Source: a virus (lineage: Duplodnaviria > Heunggongvirae > Uroviricota > Caudoviricetes). From it: a DNA stretch of 52,923 nucleotides. Below are positions 51,637 to 52,923 of the stretch, piece by piece. The stretch lies in IMG/VR virus record IMGVR_UViG_2877251553_000008. One strand, 5' to 3'. Below the pieces are notes generated by a model. That model had not been told where the DNA came from and ran no database searches. It saw only the letters and a list, made by a program, of their open reading frames with translations. Both the position numbers and the translations under genes were made by a program. Numbering within the stretch: position 1 is the stretch's first letter; each line of letters begins with the position of its first letter.

Positions 51637-52923
51637 ATGAGTAACGCATCATACCCGACAGGCGTTGAAAAACATGGAGGATCACTCCGTATATGGTTTC
51701 ACTATAATGGCAAACGTGTCAGAGAAAACCTCGGTGTTCCTGACACAGCCAAAAACCGGAAGATCGCTGGTGAACTTCGCACTTCCGTTTGTTTTGCAAT
51801 CAGAATGGGGAGTTTCGACTACGCCGCGCAGTTCCCTAATTCCCCTAACCTGAAACACTTTGGTCTGGGAAAAAGAGAGATAACCGTTAAGGCACTTTCG
51901 GAAAAATGGTTGGACCTTAAGAAAATTGAGATTTGTGCGAATGCACTTAACCGTTACCAGTCAGTAATTAAAAACATGTTACCAATGTTAGGTGAAAAAA
52001 AACTGGTTTCATCCATAACAAAAGAGGATTTACTTTTCGTAAGGAGAGATTTGTTGACCGGTTACCAAAAGCTTTCTAATGGAAAGACTTCTTCCATAAA
52101 AGGGCGCTCAGTGGTCACGGTAAACTACTATATGACAACCATAGCTGGAATGTTTCAATTTGCAACAGATAATGGTTATACCTCAGGAAACCCATTTAAC
52201 GGTCTGGCTCCCTTAAAAAAGTCCAAGGTAAAACCAGATCCTCTCACCCGTGACGAATTTATTCGTTTTATTGAGGCTTGCCGTCATCAACAAACAAAAA
52301 ACCTGTGGATTCTCGCTGTATACACGGGTATTCGTCACGGGGAGTTGGTATCGCTGGCATGGGAAGATATAGACCTTAAAGCAAGGACTATAACCATCCG
52401 TAGAAATTATACAAAACTTGGCGAATTCACTCCACCAAAAACCGATGCAGGCACCGGAAGGACAATTCATCTGGTTCAACCAGCTATTGATGCTCTTAAA
52501 AGCCAGGCGGAAATGACCATGCTTGGAAAGCAACATTCTGTAGAGGTGAAGCAGAGGGAATATGGGAGAACTGCTGTGCATAAATGCACTTTTGTTTTTA
52601 GTCCTCAGGTAACAAAACAGCAGCAGTTGTCCGGACCTCACTACAAGGTTGACTCCATCAGGGAGTCATGGACAAGTATCTTAAAACGCGCAGGTCTGAG
52701 ACACAGAAAATCGTACCAATCCAGGCATACTTATGCATGCTGGTCACTTGCCGCAGGAGCTAATCCTAGTTTTATCGCAAGCCAGATGGGCCACACAAAC
52801 GCACAAATGGTATTCAATGTTTACGGAGCATGGATGAAAGACAACAATCACGAACAGATAGAACTCCTTAACAAAAGACTATCTGAAAGTGTCCCATGTA
52901 TGCCCCATAAGAAAGCTGGGTAA
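51637..52923 (+). CDS. int: tyrosine-type site-specific integrase
   Basis: 428-aa ORF; C-terminal catalytic region with ..HGELVSLAWEDID.. and ..SRHTYACWSLAAGANPSFIASQMGHTNAQMVFNVYGAWM (R..H..R..Y signature); AT-rich; stop is the last codon of the window. Confidence 0.9.
   Translation: MSNASYPTGVEKHGGSLRIWFHYNGKRVRENLGVPDTAKNRKIAGELRTSVCFAIRMGSFDYAAQFPNSPNLKHFGLGKREITVKALSEKWLDLKKIEICANALNRYQSVIKNMLPMLGEKKLVSSITKEDLLFVRRDLLTGYQKLSNGKTSSIKGRSVVTVNYYMTTIAGMFQFATDNGYTSGNPFNGLAPLKKSKVKPDPLTRDEFIRFIEACRHQQTKNLWILAVYTGIRHGELVSLAWEDIDLKARTITIRRNYTKLGEFTPPKTDAGTGRTIHLVQPAIDALKSQAEMTMLGKQHSVEVKQREYGRTAVHKCTFVFSPQVTKQQQLSGPHYKVDSIRESWTSILKRAGLRHRKSYQSRHTYACWSLAAGANPSFIASQMGHTNAQMVFNVYGAWMKDNNHEQIELLNKRLSESVPCMPHKKAG

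Overview
The window is almost entirely one lambda-like prophage inserted into the host gene mlrA (yehV). Only the first ~289 nt are host DNA: the mlrA promoter and its first 22 codons. From left to right the prophage shows: (1) an attR-side accessory region with a LexA-box-controlled dinI-like gene, an AT-rich hexapeptide acetyltransferase and a SAM-methyltransferase split by IS1; (2) an IS pile-up (IS1, IS66-family, two IS3-family fragments) that separates stf from tfa; (3) on the minus strand a complete lambda-type tail module (stf, lom, J, I, K, L, M, H, G/G-T, V, U, Z) and head module (FII, FI, E, D, C, B, W, A, Nu1) with a recognisable cos site; (4) a lysis cassette (S21-like pinholin, an unknown ~270-aa gene split by a second IS1, SAR endolysin, Rz/Rz1), then a NanS-p-type esterase, a three-tRNA cluster and a DNA N6-adenine methylase, with no stx genes; (5) IS2 placed 12 bp downstream of a Q82/QuuD-type antiterminator gene; (6) a replication module (O-like initiator with internal iterons, DnaC-like loader, DnaB-like helicase), two Rha-family genes and a cro-like gene; (7) on the plus strand cI, an operator-bearing pL-like region, IS911, a run of small early-left genes, xis-like and int, with int ending exactly at the window edge. 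Two caveats: at least 17 genes are broken by single-base frameshifts, and every one of the seven I reconstructed is a 1-nt deletion, five of them in G/C runs of 3-5 nt, so these may be sequencing errors rather than real pseudogenes. Protein identities rest on recall of lambda, phage 21, DLP12, Qin and Stx-phage homologues, not on a database search. The most interesting unexplained items are the unknown gene sitting between holin and endolysin, a promoter-terminator small-RNA-like insert between tail genes I and J, and several very small membrane-peptide ORFs.
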